Positions 10,219 to 19,777 of a stretch of 64,000 nt of DNA are shown here, one piece after another (position 1 is the first letter of the stretch; each line of letters begins with the position of its first letter). Location: contig CBDCXR010000004.1 of assembly GCA_965223845.1 (NCBI GenBank), positions 2,688,001-2,752,000 on the forward strand, given 5' to 3'. Made by a program: the position numbers and the translations under genes. The notes beneath the pieces were generated by a model. The model saw only the letters and a list, made by a program, of their open reading frames with translations, made no database searches and was not told the DNA's origin. The stretch is from Planctomycetota bacterium (GTDB taxonomy: Bacteria; Planctomycetota; UBA8108; SXIK01).

Positions 10219-11393
10219 GCGACGTGTTTCGGGTCGAAGGCGTCCTGGAGGGCGTCGGTGAGAACGTTGAACGCGAGGACGAGCCCGAACATGAGGACCG
10301 TCGCGGTTCCGATCTGCCAGAAGAACCCGTTGATCACCTCTTGGCGTGAATGGCTGATCATGATTCCCCAGCTCGGTCCCTCCTTTACCCCGAGATCGAG
10401 AAAGCTGAGGATCACTTCACTTTTGATTGCACCGATGAAGAGAAGTGAAAAGTTGATGAACATGAGGTGAGCCGTGTTCGGGACGACGTGGCGAATCAGG
10501 ATATAGAGCGGCCGGAATCCGACAGCCTGCGCAGCCTGGACGTACTCGAGCTCCCGGATCTTCAACACCTCACCCCGGATCACGCGGCACGGACCGATCC
10601 AAAACGTGAGGCAGAATGCACAGTAGACGGGGATCAAAGTGTTCTCGACGGCGCGCCCCGAGAACATGAAGACGAGCACCAAGAGAAGTACGAGATTCGG
10701 GATCGACGACAGCGTCGAGTAGAGCCAGATCACCGCGTGATCAACGACGCCGCCGAAGTAGGCGGCCGCGGCGCCGAGGAGGCTGCCGAGGATGACCGAT
10801 ACCAACGCGGTGATGGCGCCCACCTCGATCGCAACCTTGATCGAATACACACCGGCCACGGAGATCGATCGACCTTGCCGGTCCGTGCCGAGGAGGGTGC
10901 GAAACGCGTAGCGAAAACCGTCTCCGCCGCGGGGAAGCGGAAAGAGACTCGAGGCGATGGCGTCGAGCTGCTCGACGACTCGTTCGGCGTCTTCTCCCGC
11001 GAGCTCGTCGAACTCATCGAGGGCGTCGAGGGTGGTCTCGAGCTCGTCGACAAGCCTCTCGACCTCCTCGACGCCGATCGATGCGACACGACGTTCGGCG
11101 AGGCGGTAATCCGCGAGTGCGGCGGCGGGATCGTCGCGCTCGAGAAGCGCCGAAATCTCTTCGAGATAGAATTCGGCACGAAGCGCCCGATCCTCGAGGG
11201 ACCCGGTACGAAAGAAACCGGGTGAGCTCGGCGCGCCGACCTTTTCGGTGGCTTCTTCGAGCGTGATGATCCCGAAGAGCCGCACGCCGAGGCCAACGGC
11301 GATGTAAGCCGCGACGACGACGAGAGCCACGACCGCCAGTCGATTGCGGAGCAGCCTACGCACGCCTCGCGACCGCGCCAGCGCCCGCATCAT
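10215..11393 (-). CDS. oppC: Peptide ABC transporter permease (OppC-like) with an acidic insertion
   Basis: LLRNRLA N-terminus, LLGTDRQGR, EYVQAAQAVG (EAA loop), PSWGIMI, DALQDAFDPK. Confidence 0.9.
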   Translation of the reverse strand: MMRALARSRGVRRLLRNRLAVVALVVVAAYIAVGLGVRLFGIITLEEATEKVGAPSSPGFFRTGSLEDRALRAEFYLEEISALLERDDPAAALADYRLAERRVASIGVEEVERLVDELETTLDALDEFDELAGEDAERVVEQLDAIASSLFPLPRGGDGFRYAFRTLLGTDRQGRSISVAGVYSIKVAIEVGAITALVSVILGSLLGAAAAYFGGVVDHAVIWLYSTLSSIPNLVLLLVLVFMFSGRAVENTLIPVYCAFCLTFWIGPCRVIRGEVLKIRELEYVQAAQAVGFRPLYILIRHVVPNTAHLMFINFSLLFIGAIKSEVILSFLDLGVKEGPSWGIMISHSRQEVINGFFWQIGTATVLMFGLVLAFNVLTDALQDAFDPKHVA

Positions 11394-12349
11394 GAGAGCC
11401 GCACCCGCGGGTCGACGATCGCGTAGAGAACGTCCGTCAGGATGTTCGAAACGATAAAGACACCGGCAAACACCGACGTAAAGACTTCGACGACGGGGAA
11501 GTCTCGCGCGGAGATCGCCGCGAGCAGAGTTCGTCCCATCCCCGGGATATTGAAGAACGATTCGAGGAGGATCGAACCGGTGATGAGAAAGGGGAGGGTC
11601 GTCATCACTCGCGTCACGATGGGAATCATCGCGTTTTTCAGCATGTGGACGAAGAGGATGCGGCCCTCACCCGCTCCCTTCGCGCGTGCAGTCGTGATGT
11701 ATTCGCGGTGGCACTCCTCCACCATCACCGCGCGGTAGAAGCGTGTGTCGTAGCCGAGCGCCACGATGACGCTGATGAGGACCGGGAGGAGGCAGTAGTG
11801 GAGCCAGTTCTCCGCTCCGGGTTCGAATCCCTCGACCGCGAAGAGCTCGTTCCCCGGACCGAGCGCCTCGTTGAGCCGGAACGCAGCGAAGTATTGGCCG
11901 AGAATGATGTAAACGAGAAAGCTGATGCTCATGCCGAGCACGGACGCTGTGACGAGCGCGCGATCGATGGCGCGTCCACGGAAGTGAGTCGAGACGAGCC
12001 CGATGACGATCGCGATCAGAGTCGTGAGCGCGAGCGCCGGGAGAGTGATCATGAGGCTCGGCACGGCGGCGGACGCGAGTAGCTCGCCGGCGGTCGCCCC
12101 GGGGTTGTCCCAGCTCTCCGCAGAGAAGTCGAGCCTCACGATGCGCCCGAGAAACTGCGTGTATTGGACGAAAAACGGCCGGTCGAGGCCCATGCGCGCC
12201 GCGAACTCGTCATACTGCTCCTGGCGTGCGTTCTTTCCTAGGAACGCCCAGACGGGGTCGTTCACCCGAAGCGCCGCCATGAGGACGAGGAGGATCCCGA
12301 GATAGACGGGAACGTTGTAGAGCAGGCGACGAAGGATGTAGATCCACAC
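11390..12349 (-). CDS. oppB: Peptide ABC transporter permease (OppB-like)
   Basis: YILRRLL, GLDRPFFVQY, EYITTARAKG, FNIPGMG, YAIVDPRVR. Confidence 0.92.
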   Translation of the reverse strand: MWIYILRRLLYNVPVYLGILLVLMAALRVNDPVWAFLGKNARQEQYDEFAARMGLDRPFFVQYTQFLGRIVRLDFSAESWDNPGATAGELLASAAVPSLMITLPALALTTLIAIVIGLVSTHFRGRAIDRALVTASVLGMSISFLVYIILGQYFAAFRLNEALGPGNELFAVEGFEPGAENWLHYCLLPVLISVIVALGYDTRFYRAVMVEECHREYITTARAKGAGEGRILFVHMLKNAMIPIVTRVMTTLPFLITGSILLESFFNIPGMGRTLLAAISARDFPVVEVFTSVFAGVFIVSNILTDVLYAIVDPRVRLS

Positions 12350-12470
12350 GCGCGCGACTCCCGGTCAGTCGGCCGACGATCAAGCTGCCGCGAGGAAGGT
12401 CCAAAGACTAACGAATCGCGTTCGCGCCGGCAAGAGTTCCACGCGTCGCCTCGCCGCGCGACAACCGCGC

Positions 12471-13691
12471 TCACTCACGAGTCTTCGTGAGCGTGAACCG
12501 GTCGATTTCGATGTCGCCGATGCGCCGCGCACTGAAGACGAACTCGTCGACGGTCGCCTCCACCAGACAGAAGTGGTGAACGCTCGCCGAGATGATCGTG
12601 AACGCGCTCGTCCCGCTCGCGTAAAGCCCTCGTCCACCTCCGCCCGTGACGACGTAGATCGATCCCTCCGCGTCGTGGATCGTGAACGAGGACGCCGTAG
12701 GTCGAACGACCTGGCCGCGAATCGGAGCCGTTCGCTCGTAGTTGTGGTCATGACCGGCGAAAACGACGTCGACGCGGTGCTCGTCGAGGAGCGCGCCGAG
12801 CGTCGCCTGGAGCTCGACGTCACTTCCGTGGAGCGATGAGCTGTACGGCGGGTGATGGAGATAGACGACCGTCCATGCGGCGTCACTCGCTCCGAGGTCG
12901 AGGTCAAGCCACTCGAACTGCGTGCTGCCCGGCGCCAGGCTCACGTTCGAGTTGAGCGCGACGAAGTGGACCGGCCCATAGTCGAACGAGTAGAAGCTCT
13001 CCGTCGCGTCGGCGCTGTTCGTCGGCAGATAGAGCGCTTCGAGTAGCGGTCGACCTCCCGCGGAGCGGACGTCGTGATTCCCGAGGCACGGGTAGAACGG
13101 TACGTGATCGATGAAGTCCGCGTAGGGTTCGAAGTAGTGCGGCCGGATCTCGTGCGGGGCGCCGCTCGAATAGACGACGTCTCCCGTGATGAGGACGAGA
13201 TCGGGATCCGTCGCCGCCGCGAGCGACGCCACTTCGAGCTGTTCCCGGCTGCCGGTCCCCGAATCGCCCCAGACGGCGAAGCGAGCACGCCCGGTTCCTT
13301 CGAGAGGTGCGGTACGAAACGAGCGCGAGCCGCCGACGATCTCGTCGTCCATCCAGATGCGATAGAAGTACGTCGATTCCGTTTCGAGGCCAGACAGCGC
13401 GAAGACGTGCTCCTTCCCTATCGAAGGCGCGGCGACGGGCTCCGACCACTCCTCGCCCGGCGCCGCGAGCTCGAGTCGACCCTCGCTCTCGACACTCGTC
13501 CGCCAGGCGACCACGATCGATGTCGGTGTGACGAGCGCGATCTGCGGCCCCGCGCTCACTTCGCGCGGGACGAGACCGGTTGTACCGGATCCGCCGCCGC
13601 ATGCGGCGAGAATCAGGGTGAGCGCCCAGACGAAGGGCCGAGATCGTCCGTTCGCTCGAACTCGACGCGGCAGTTCCACGTATCGACTCAC
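12471..13691 (-). CDS. Purple acid phosphatase-type metallophosphoesterase with Fn3-like N-domain; probable lipoprotein
   Basis: Motifs GDSG, GDVVY, GNHD, YLHHP, GHDHNYER and lipobox ILAAC. The GTG start overlaps the oppA stop (GTGA). Confidence 0.88.
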   Translation of the reverse strand: MSRYVELPRRVRANGRSRPFVWALTLILAACGGGSGTTGLVPREVSAGPQIALVTPTSIVVAWRTSVESEGRLELAAPGEEWSEPVAAPSIGKEHVFALSGLETESTYFYRIWMDDEIVGGSRSFRTAPLEGTGRARFAVWGDSGTGSREQLEVASLAAATDPDLVLITGDVVYSSGAPHEIRPHYFEPYADFIDHVPFYPCLGNHDVRSAGGRPLLEALYLPTNSADATESFYSFDYGPVHFVALNSNVSLAPGSTQFEWLDLDLGASDAAWTVVYLHHPPYSSSLHGSDVELQATLGALLDEHRVDVVFAGHDHNYERTAPIRGQVVRPTASSFTIHDAEGSIYVVTGGGGRGLYASGTSAFTIISASVHHFCLVEATVDEFVFSARRIGDIEIDRFTLTKTRE

Positions 13692-15487
13692 TCCTCGACG
13701 TCGATGTACTTCACCCAATCGTAGAACGTCTCCGTGGGCTTGAAGTTCTTGAGCCGGGAGTGCGCCAGGTAGAAGCGTGTCCGCGCCATCGAACCGCAGA
13801 ACGGAGCGTCTGCCATCACGAGGTCTCGCATTTTCTCAGCGAGCGCGGTGCGCTCGGGAGACGGCTCCATCACGAGGAGCTTTTCGTAGAGGGCATCGTA
13901 GTCCGCGTTCTTGTAGTTCGAGTGGTTCGATCCCGGTGCCTCGTTGGGCCCGTAGAAGAGGGCGAGATTGTTCTCGGCGTCCGGATAGTCAGACGACCAT
14001 GCGAATGTGAAGAAGGGAGCTTTCTTGTTCGATATCGCTTCGATCAGCGAGGAAAAATTGAGGAGGCGCGGACGGAGCTTGATCCCGATCTCGCCGAGCT
14101 GGCGCTGGACCGCCTCCGATTGCTCCTTCGAGTTTGCGGCAGTGCTCGTGTAATAGTCGAGCGCGGGCAGCCCCTTCCCACCGGGATATCCGGCCTCCGC
14201 GAGCAGGCTCCGTGCGCGGTCGACGTCGCGCGTGCGGTAGCTGATCGGACCTTCGCCATTCGACGGATGGCCATCGAGCCCCGGCGGGATCATTCCATCG
14301 TAGACAACGTTGATCGAGTTGTAGAAGAGTCGATTCTGCTCGTTCCAGTCGAGAGCGAGCGCGATCGCCTGCCGGAGTGCCCGCTTCTCTTTCGTGTACC
14401 CGCCGAGCACGGGATCTTCCATATTGAACGCACGGAAGATGAAATCGAGGAGTGGAACGGCGTAGCTTCGGATGTCCTCGCGCCGGAACGATCGTCTCAG
14501 TTTTCGCGTTCGCGGCGAGAACGCCGCAGTGAAGTTTTCCGCCGGCACCTGGGAGTAGTCGAGCTTCTTCGCGCGAAACTGAAGCCACATCGGCTGATCT
14601 TGGATGAAAAACGTCAGCTCGACGCGATCGAGAAACGGGATTCGTTTTCCCGCCGGCAAGTGAAGCCCTTCCTCCCTGTCCGCGGGCATGTGCTCGGTCG
14701 GGTAATAGCACTCGTGGTAATTCGGGTTGCGGATGAACGTCATCCCCTGGTTCGCTTTCCAGTCGGATTCCGCGAGTGTAAACGGTCCGGTTCCGACCGG
14801 ATGTCGGCCGAATCTCGTGCCGTACTTCTCGACGGCTTCTCTCGGCACTACCGACGTTTGAAACATCGCGAGAGTCCAGAGAAAGCGGTAGTACGGCTTC
14901 GTCAACCGGACTTCGAATTTTCGCTCGTCGATGATGCGGAGCCCCTCCACCGACGCATCATAGTCGAAGGTCGCCACTGCGTTTTGGGTCTCGCGGTAGG
15001 CGTCGAAGCCGACGATCGATCCCTCAAAGAGCCACCACGACTTCGGCAGGTTGTCGCTATCCGCCATCCGCTTCCACGAATAGACGACGTCGCGCGATGT
15101 GATCTCGCGCCCTTTCCCGTTCGGAAAGCACGGATCGTCGTGAAACCGAACGCCGGACTTCAGGCGAAACGAGTACGTAAGCCCGTCCTCAGATCGCGTC
15201 GGCATCGACTCTAGAAGGAGCGGCTCGAGGGCGTACGGGCGCACCAGGTATTTGTACTGAAGGAGAGGTTCGTACACCATCGACGCGCAGCGATTGTCGT
15301 AGGTGGTCGACCCGCGCACGGGGTCGAGCGACTTCGGTCCATCGGCTCGGAGTGGGAGTCGGGCGATCTTCTCGGCGGCAACGGACGGCGAGACGAAGAG
15401 GCCGGCGGCGATCGCGACGCACACCGCGGTTCGGAAGAAGGAGTGGAGGCGAGGGCCCGTGGTGCGCCCGGGAGGGTGATCGTTCAT
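13688..15487 (-). CDS. oppA: Family 5 ABC substrate-binding protein (OppA/DppA-like)
   Basis: Signal peptide, PKSLDP, YEPLLQY, HPVGTGPF, LRQAIALALD, WSSDYPDAEN. Confidence 0.9.
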   Translation of the reverse strand: MNDHPPGRTTGPRLHSFFRTAVCVAIAAGLFVSPSVAAEKIARLPLRADGPKSLDPVRGSTTYDNRCASMVYEPLLQYKYLVRPYALEPLLLESMPTRSEDGLTYSFRLKSGVRFHDDPCFPNGKGREITSRDVVYSWKRMADSDNLPKSWWLFEGSIVGFDAYRETQNAVATFDYDASVEGLRIIDERKFEVRLTKPYYRFLWTLAMFQTSVVPREAVEKYGTRFGRHPVGTGPFTLAESDWKANQGMTFIRNPNYHECYYPTEHMPADREEGLHLPAGKRIPFLDRVELTFFIQDQPMWLQFRAKKLDYSQVPAENFTAAFSPRTRKLRRSFRREDIRSYAVPLLDFIFRAFNMEDPVLGGYTKEKRALRQAIALALDWNEQNRLFYNSINVVYDGMIPPGLDGHPSNGEGPISYRTRDVDRARSLLAEAGYPGGKGLPALDYYTSTAANSKEQSEAVQRQLGEIGIKLRPRLLNFSSLIEAISNKKAPFFTFAWSSDYPDAENNLALFYGPNEAPGSNHSNYKNADYDALYEKLLVMEPSPERTALAEKMRDLVMADAPFCGSMARTRFYLAHSRLKNFKPTETFYDWVKYIDVEE

Positions 15488-15667
15488 GTGCGACTCCGAG
15501 TTGAGAGCAGCGCGAGGAAGTGAATCGGTCCGAATCGACCGTGCGCATACGGCCGAGCCGACACGCGGCGCCGGCGACTCGACGGGCGAGCTCGCGCGCG
15601 GCCTCCTCGGTGAGACGGAACGAGCGAGGCTCGGATTCAACCCTACGCAATCATCGGCCAGCCAGGC

Positions 15668-16687
15668 TCAGGAATACTGAAGAACCGCCTTTACTACGCC
15701 GGCGGAAGGATCGATCCAGCCGGGAAATTCTCCGACGAGCGAGTCGCGGTCGGCTCGGTGCGTGATCCAGGCGGAAGTGCGAACGGATCCGTCTTCGAGG
15801 GCCTTGAGGATGCGCTCAAAGTCGGACGCGAGCGAGTTTCTCGTCGCCAGGAGGGTCAACTCCCGGCGGTGAAACTCGGGATCGTCGAACGCAAGACGCC
15901 CCTGCACGAGCCCGACGACGACAAGCTTACCGGTACTCGCAACTAGCTCGAAGGACGCCTCCATCGACGGCCGACTTCCCGTTGCATCGAAGACGACACT
16001 CGGAAGCTCGCCGCCGTTCGCCTCGCGAAGTCGGTCGACGATGCCTTCGCCGCCCGAGATCGCCGCGTCGATCGCAAAATGCTCGCCCGCGAATCGGCGC
16101 CGCGACTCGCTGAGGTCGGCGACGATTACGCGTGCGCCGGCGAGAGTCGCGAACTGAACGACCGAAAGCCCGATCGGCCCGGCCCCGATGATGAGCGCCG
16201 ACTCCCCCGCTTCGATTCGAGCGCGCGCGACCGCGTGAGCACCGATGCCGAGCGTCTCGACGAGCGCGAGCTCATCGAAGGAGAGCGTCTCCGATCGGTG
16301 CAGCTTCGTGACAGGAATCTTGATGCGCTCTCGCATTCCCCCGTCGGTGTGAACGCCGAGGACTCGCAAGCGCCCGCAGCAATTCGTCCGTCCGCGGCGG
16401 CAGGCGAAGCATCTTCCGCAGTGGAGGTAGGGCTCGACCGCGCAACGATCACCCACCCGAATGCCTCGTTCGTTTCGACCGACCTCCAAGACCTCGACCC
16501 CGAGTTCGTGGCCGAGGATGCGCGGGTAGGAAAAGAACGGCTGCTCGCCGCGAAACGCGTGGAGGTCCGTACCGCAAATGCCGACGCGACGAATCGCGAC
16601 GATCGCATCTCCCGCCTCCGGCGGCTCCGGTTCTCGGGTGTCCTCGATCGCGAATCGGCCGGGCTCTTCGAGAATGATGGTATGCAT
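15668..16687 (-). CDS. Zinc-dependent alcohol dehydrogenase (L-galactonate-5-dehydrogenase-like)
   Basis: GICGTDLH, GHE, structural Zn CGRCFACRRGRTNCC, GAGPIG, FHRRELTLLATRN. Confidence 0.85.
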   Translation of the reverse strand: MHTIILEEPGRFAIEDTREPEPPEAGDAIVAIRRVGICGTDLHAFRGEQPFFSYPRILGHELGVEVLEVGRNERGIRVGDRCAVEPYLHCGRCFACRRGRTNCCGRLRVLGVHTDGGMRERIKIPVTKLHRSETLSFDELALVETLGIGAHAVARARIEAGESALIIGAGPIGLSVVQFATLAGARVIVADLSESRRRFAGEHFAIDAAISGGEGIVDRLREANGGELPSVVFDATGSRPSMEASFELVASTGKLVVVGLVQGRLAFDDPEFHRRELTLLATRNSLASDFERILKALEDGSVRTSAWITHRADRDSLVGEFPGWIDPSAGVVKAVLQYS

Positions 16688-16766
16688 GTGGCTTCGCCGT
16701 TTCTCTTCCGCTGACGTTCGCGCGTTCCCTCGTCTCGCCCCGGCCCGGTCCCATTCTCTCCGAAGG

Positions 16767-17756
16767 TCACGCCGAGTCCGAGTGCGTTTCGAGTCCGTTC
16801 ACCGATCCGTCGCCGGCCGGTGGCGGATCGCGATTCTCCGGCCGGCCAGACGGCCAGATGCGATCGCGCCAAGCTCCGAACGCAGTCCGCACCTCCGCGA
16901 CGAGCTCGACGTCGAGAGGCTGCGCAACGATCGAACGATTCTCGGCGACTTCCCGAGCGCTCGCGATCCCGACGAGCGTCGTGGCGATGCCGGCGCATTC
17001 CACCGAGTACCGCAGAGCGAGTGCGGCGATGGAAACGCCCCGTCGGCGGCACCGTTCAGCGGCTCGACGAGCCGCAGCGCGGAGCTCCTCCGGCGCGGGA
17101 TGCCACGTTGGCGGCCCCTCGTCCGTGAGGAGACCCATCGCGAGGGGCGAGGCGTTGATCACCCCGACATCCCGTTCGTCGAAGTACGGAAGCGCCGCCG
17201 CGAGCGACGCGTCGTGGAGGGTATGCCGGCAGTACGACAGCACGCAATCGACCGGTGCAGCATCGACGATGCGACGGAGTGCCTGAAGCGGGAGGCCCGA
17301 GATCCCGATGGAGCGAACCTTCCCCTCTCGCCGCAGCTCGCGAAGCGCCGGCAGAGCCTCCGCGAGAATCACCCGCGCATCGACGAACTCGACGTCGTGG
17401 CACTGGATGAGGTCGATGGTCCCGATCCCGAGACGTGAGAGGCTCTCGTCGACGCTCTGCTTCACTCGCGCGGCGCTGAAGTCGAACTCGTCGAGGCCGT
17501 AACGCCCGACCTTCGTCGCGACGAGGTAGCTCTCGCGCGGAATGCCGCGGAGCGCGCGGCCGAGCACGGACTCCGCGCGCGTGTCGCCGTAATAAGGAGC
17601 GACGTCGAAGAAATTGATTCCGTGATCGATTGCGCATCTCACCGCACGCGCCGCTTCGCGCTCGTCGACTTCCCCGAACACTCCGCCGAGCGGTGACGCT
17701 CCGAACGAGAGCGGCGATACCGACATGTCGGTCGCGCCGATGCGGCGGTACTCCAT
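16767..17756 (-). CDS. Aldo/keto reductase (L-galactose dehydrogenase-like)
   Basis: FGASPLGGVFG, FFDVAPYYG, ATKVGRY, DLIQCHDVEF, NASPLAMGLL. Confidence 0.85.
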   Translation of the reverse strand: MEYRRIGATDMSVSPLSFGASPLGGVFGEVDEREAARAVRCAIDHGINFFDVAPYYGDTRAESVLGRALRGIPRESYLVATKVGRYGLDEFDFSAARVKQSVDESLSRLGIGTIDLIQCHDVEFVDARVILAEALPALRELRREGKVRSIGISGLPLQALRRIVDAAPVDCVLSYCRHTLHDASLAAALPYFDERDVGVINASPLAMGLLTDEGPPTWHPAPEELRAAARRAAERCRRRGVSIAALALRYSVECAGIATTLVGIASAREVAENRSIVAQPLDVELVAEVRTAFGAWRDRIWPSGRPENRDPPPAGDGSVNGLETHSDSA

Positions 17757-17962
17757 CGCTGGGACACTGTGCGCGGGTGACGTCCGAGCCGCTGTTCGCG
17801 GAGCCTCGGCGCGAGGGGGCGGGCGGGTCGACGACCACCGTCGACGAGGGCGATCTCGAGAGCGTAGCAGAGGTCGCGGCGCTTCTCCACCGCACCGGAT
17901 CGAGTCCGGCGATAGAATCACACCGCGATGCTACCCACGAATCTCCGAAATGGACGGCCTCC

Positions 17963-18544
17963 ATGGGCGACGAACGCGTGAGGGGCGGAGATGCGCGGTC
18001 GAGCCTACGCGCTTTCCTCGCGGTGGATCTCACTGACGCCGTGAAGGAGAGCGTCGCAGCCGAAATCAGCCGCTTGAGGCCGCTCCTCCCGCGCGCGGTC
18101 CGCTGGACGCGCGCCGAGAACCTTCACATCACTCTCCGTTTTCTCGGAGAGATCTCATCCGATATCGTACCGAAGCTCGTCGAAGCGCTCCGCGTCCGCG
18201 TCGGTGCGTTTCCCGCGTTCGAGGCGCACCTCACCGAAGTCACCCTCTTCCCGTCGGTTCGGCGTCCGCGCGTGATCGCCGCTCGGGTCGAACCGGAGCA
18301 GGAGTTCTCCGACCTCGCGGCGGCCGTCGATTCCGTCGTCGCTGTGCTCGGCTTCCCGCGCGAATCGCGTCCCTTCCATCCGCACGTCACCGTCGGACGC
18401 TGGCGCGGACGCGCGCCGAGCGCCTGGGAGTCGAGCTCGTTCCCGCCCGCGACCGTTTCGGTCGAGGCGGTGACCCTCTTTCGCAGTGATCTCCGACCTT
18501 CCGGGCCGATCTATTCAAGGCTCGGCACCTGCCCGCTCGGGTAA
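17963..18544 (+). CDS. thpR: RNA 2',3'-cyclic phosphodiesterase (2H family)
   Basis: RAFLAV start, two HxT motifs ([16 protein letters not shown]), [13 protein letters not shown]. Confidence 0.9.
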   Translation: MGDERVRGGDARSSLRAFLAVDLTDAVKESVAAEISRLRPLLPRAVRWTRAENLHITLRFLGEISSDIVPKLVEALRVRVGAFPAFEAHLTEVTLFPSVRRPRVIAARVEPEQEFSDLAAAVDSVVAVLGFPRESRPFHPHVTVGRWRGRAPSAWESSSFPPATVSVEAVTLFRSDLRPSGPIYSRLGTCPLG

Positions 18545-18554
18545 GATCGAACTC

Positions 18555-19262
18555 ATGACGACAACAAACCGCTCGAACGGAGAAGGCGCATCCACACGGC
18601 CCCGCTTCGTTCCCCTCACCGGCTTTCGCGAATACCCGCCGGACGAAGTCGCCGCGCGCGCGGACCAGTTCTACGCCGAGCTCGCGCGCCGCCGGACGGT
18701 GCGCCACTTCAGCGAACGGCCGATCCCCCGCGAAGTCATCGAGCGCTGCATCCTCACCGCCGGCACGGCACCGAGCGGGGCGAACCTCCAGCCGTGGCGC
18801 TTCGTCGCGGTGGTTCGACCCGAGACGAAGGCGGCGATTCGAGTGGCGGCGGAAGCGGAGGAGAAAGAGTTCTATGCTCATCGCGCACCGCCCGAGTGGC
18901 TCAAAGCGCTCAAGGCGATCGGGACCACCCCCGAAAAGCCGTTCCTCGAGACCGCACCGTGCCTCATCGCCGTTTTCGAAGAGCGTTACTCGCTCCTCGC
19001 GGACGGCTCGCGCCGAAAGCACTATTACTCGGCGGAGTCGACCGGACTCGCGACCGGTCTCTTGATCGCCGCGTTTCACCACGCCGGACTAGCGACGCTC
19101 ACCCACACGCCGAGCCCGATGGGGTTTCTCCGCGAGATTCTAAAACGACCCGAGAACGAACGGCCGTATCTCCTTCTCGTCGTCGGCTATCCGGCCGACG
19201 ACGCGGTCGTTCCCGATCTCTCGCGGAAGAAGCTCTCGGACATCGCCCACTTCGTCGACTGA
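18555..19262 (+). CDS. Nitroreductase-fold flavoprotein, iodotyrosine deiodinase-like
   Basis: [54 protein letters not shown]. Confidence 0.85.
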   Translation: MTTTNRSNGEGASTRPRFVPLTGFREYPPDEVAARADQFYAELARRRTVRHFSERPIPREVIERCILTAGTAPSGANLQPWRFVAVVRPETKAAIRVAAEAEEKEFYAHRAPPEWLKALKAIGTTPEKPFLETAPCLIAVFEERYSLLADGSRRKHYYSAESTGLATGLLIAAFHHAGLATLTHTPSPMGFLREILKRPENERPYLLLVVGYPADDAVVPDLSRKKLSDIAHFVD

Positions 19263-19288
19263 ACGAACTCCTGTTTTCGTCAATCCCG

Positions 19289-19723
19289 ATGGCTGCCGCC
19301 CGAGACCTCGTCCTCCCCGGAAACACGATTCTCCCCGCCCGCCTGTTTCAAATCCGGTTCTCGCGCAGCGGCGGCCCGGGAGGGCAGAACGTGAACAAGC
19401 TAAACACGAAGGTCGATCTCCGACTCGATCTCGCCTCGGCGCAGGAGTTTCTCGGCGCCGAGCGCTACCAGCGCGCGTGCCGCCGTCTGGCGTCACGACT
19501 GGACGCCGACGGCCGACTCCAAATCGTCAGCAGCGAGCACCGCGAGCGCGAACGCAACATCGACGCGGCTTACGCACGCATGCGCATGACTCTCGTCGAG
19601 GCGATGCGCGCACCGCGGACACGACGGCCGACACGTCCCACCCGTGCGTCGAAAGAGCGCCGTCTGGAAGAGAAGCGGCGGCGCAGCCAGATCAAGCGCT
19701 CGCGGCGCGACCGGTGGGATTGA
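19289..19723 (+). CDS. arfB: Alternative ribosome rescue peptidyl-tRNA hydrolase ArfB
   Basis: FSRSGGPGGQNVNK (GGQ) and a basic C-tail RRPTRPTRASKERRLEEKRRRSQIKRSR. Confidence 0.93.
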   Translation: MAAARDLVLPGNTILPARLFQIRFSRSGGPGGQNVNKLNTKVDLRLDLASAQEFLGAERYQRACRRLASRLDADGRLQIVSSEHRERERNIDAAYARMRMTLVEAMRAPRTRRPTRPTRASKERRLEEKRRRSQIKRSRRDRWD

Positions 19724-19777
19724 TCACGCGCGAAGCGCTTTGGAACGACTACCTCCGCACGCCTTGACGGCGCGAGT

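Noticed and set aside
18794-19288. N-terminal extension of ArfB in the ORF track (likewise for oppF, HAD, MCP and thpR)
   Set aside because: The extensions overlap neighbouring genes or are low-complexity; downstream ATGs fit the family lengths.
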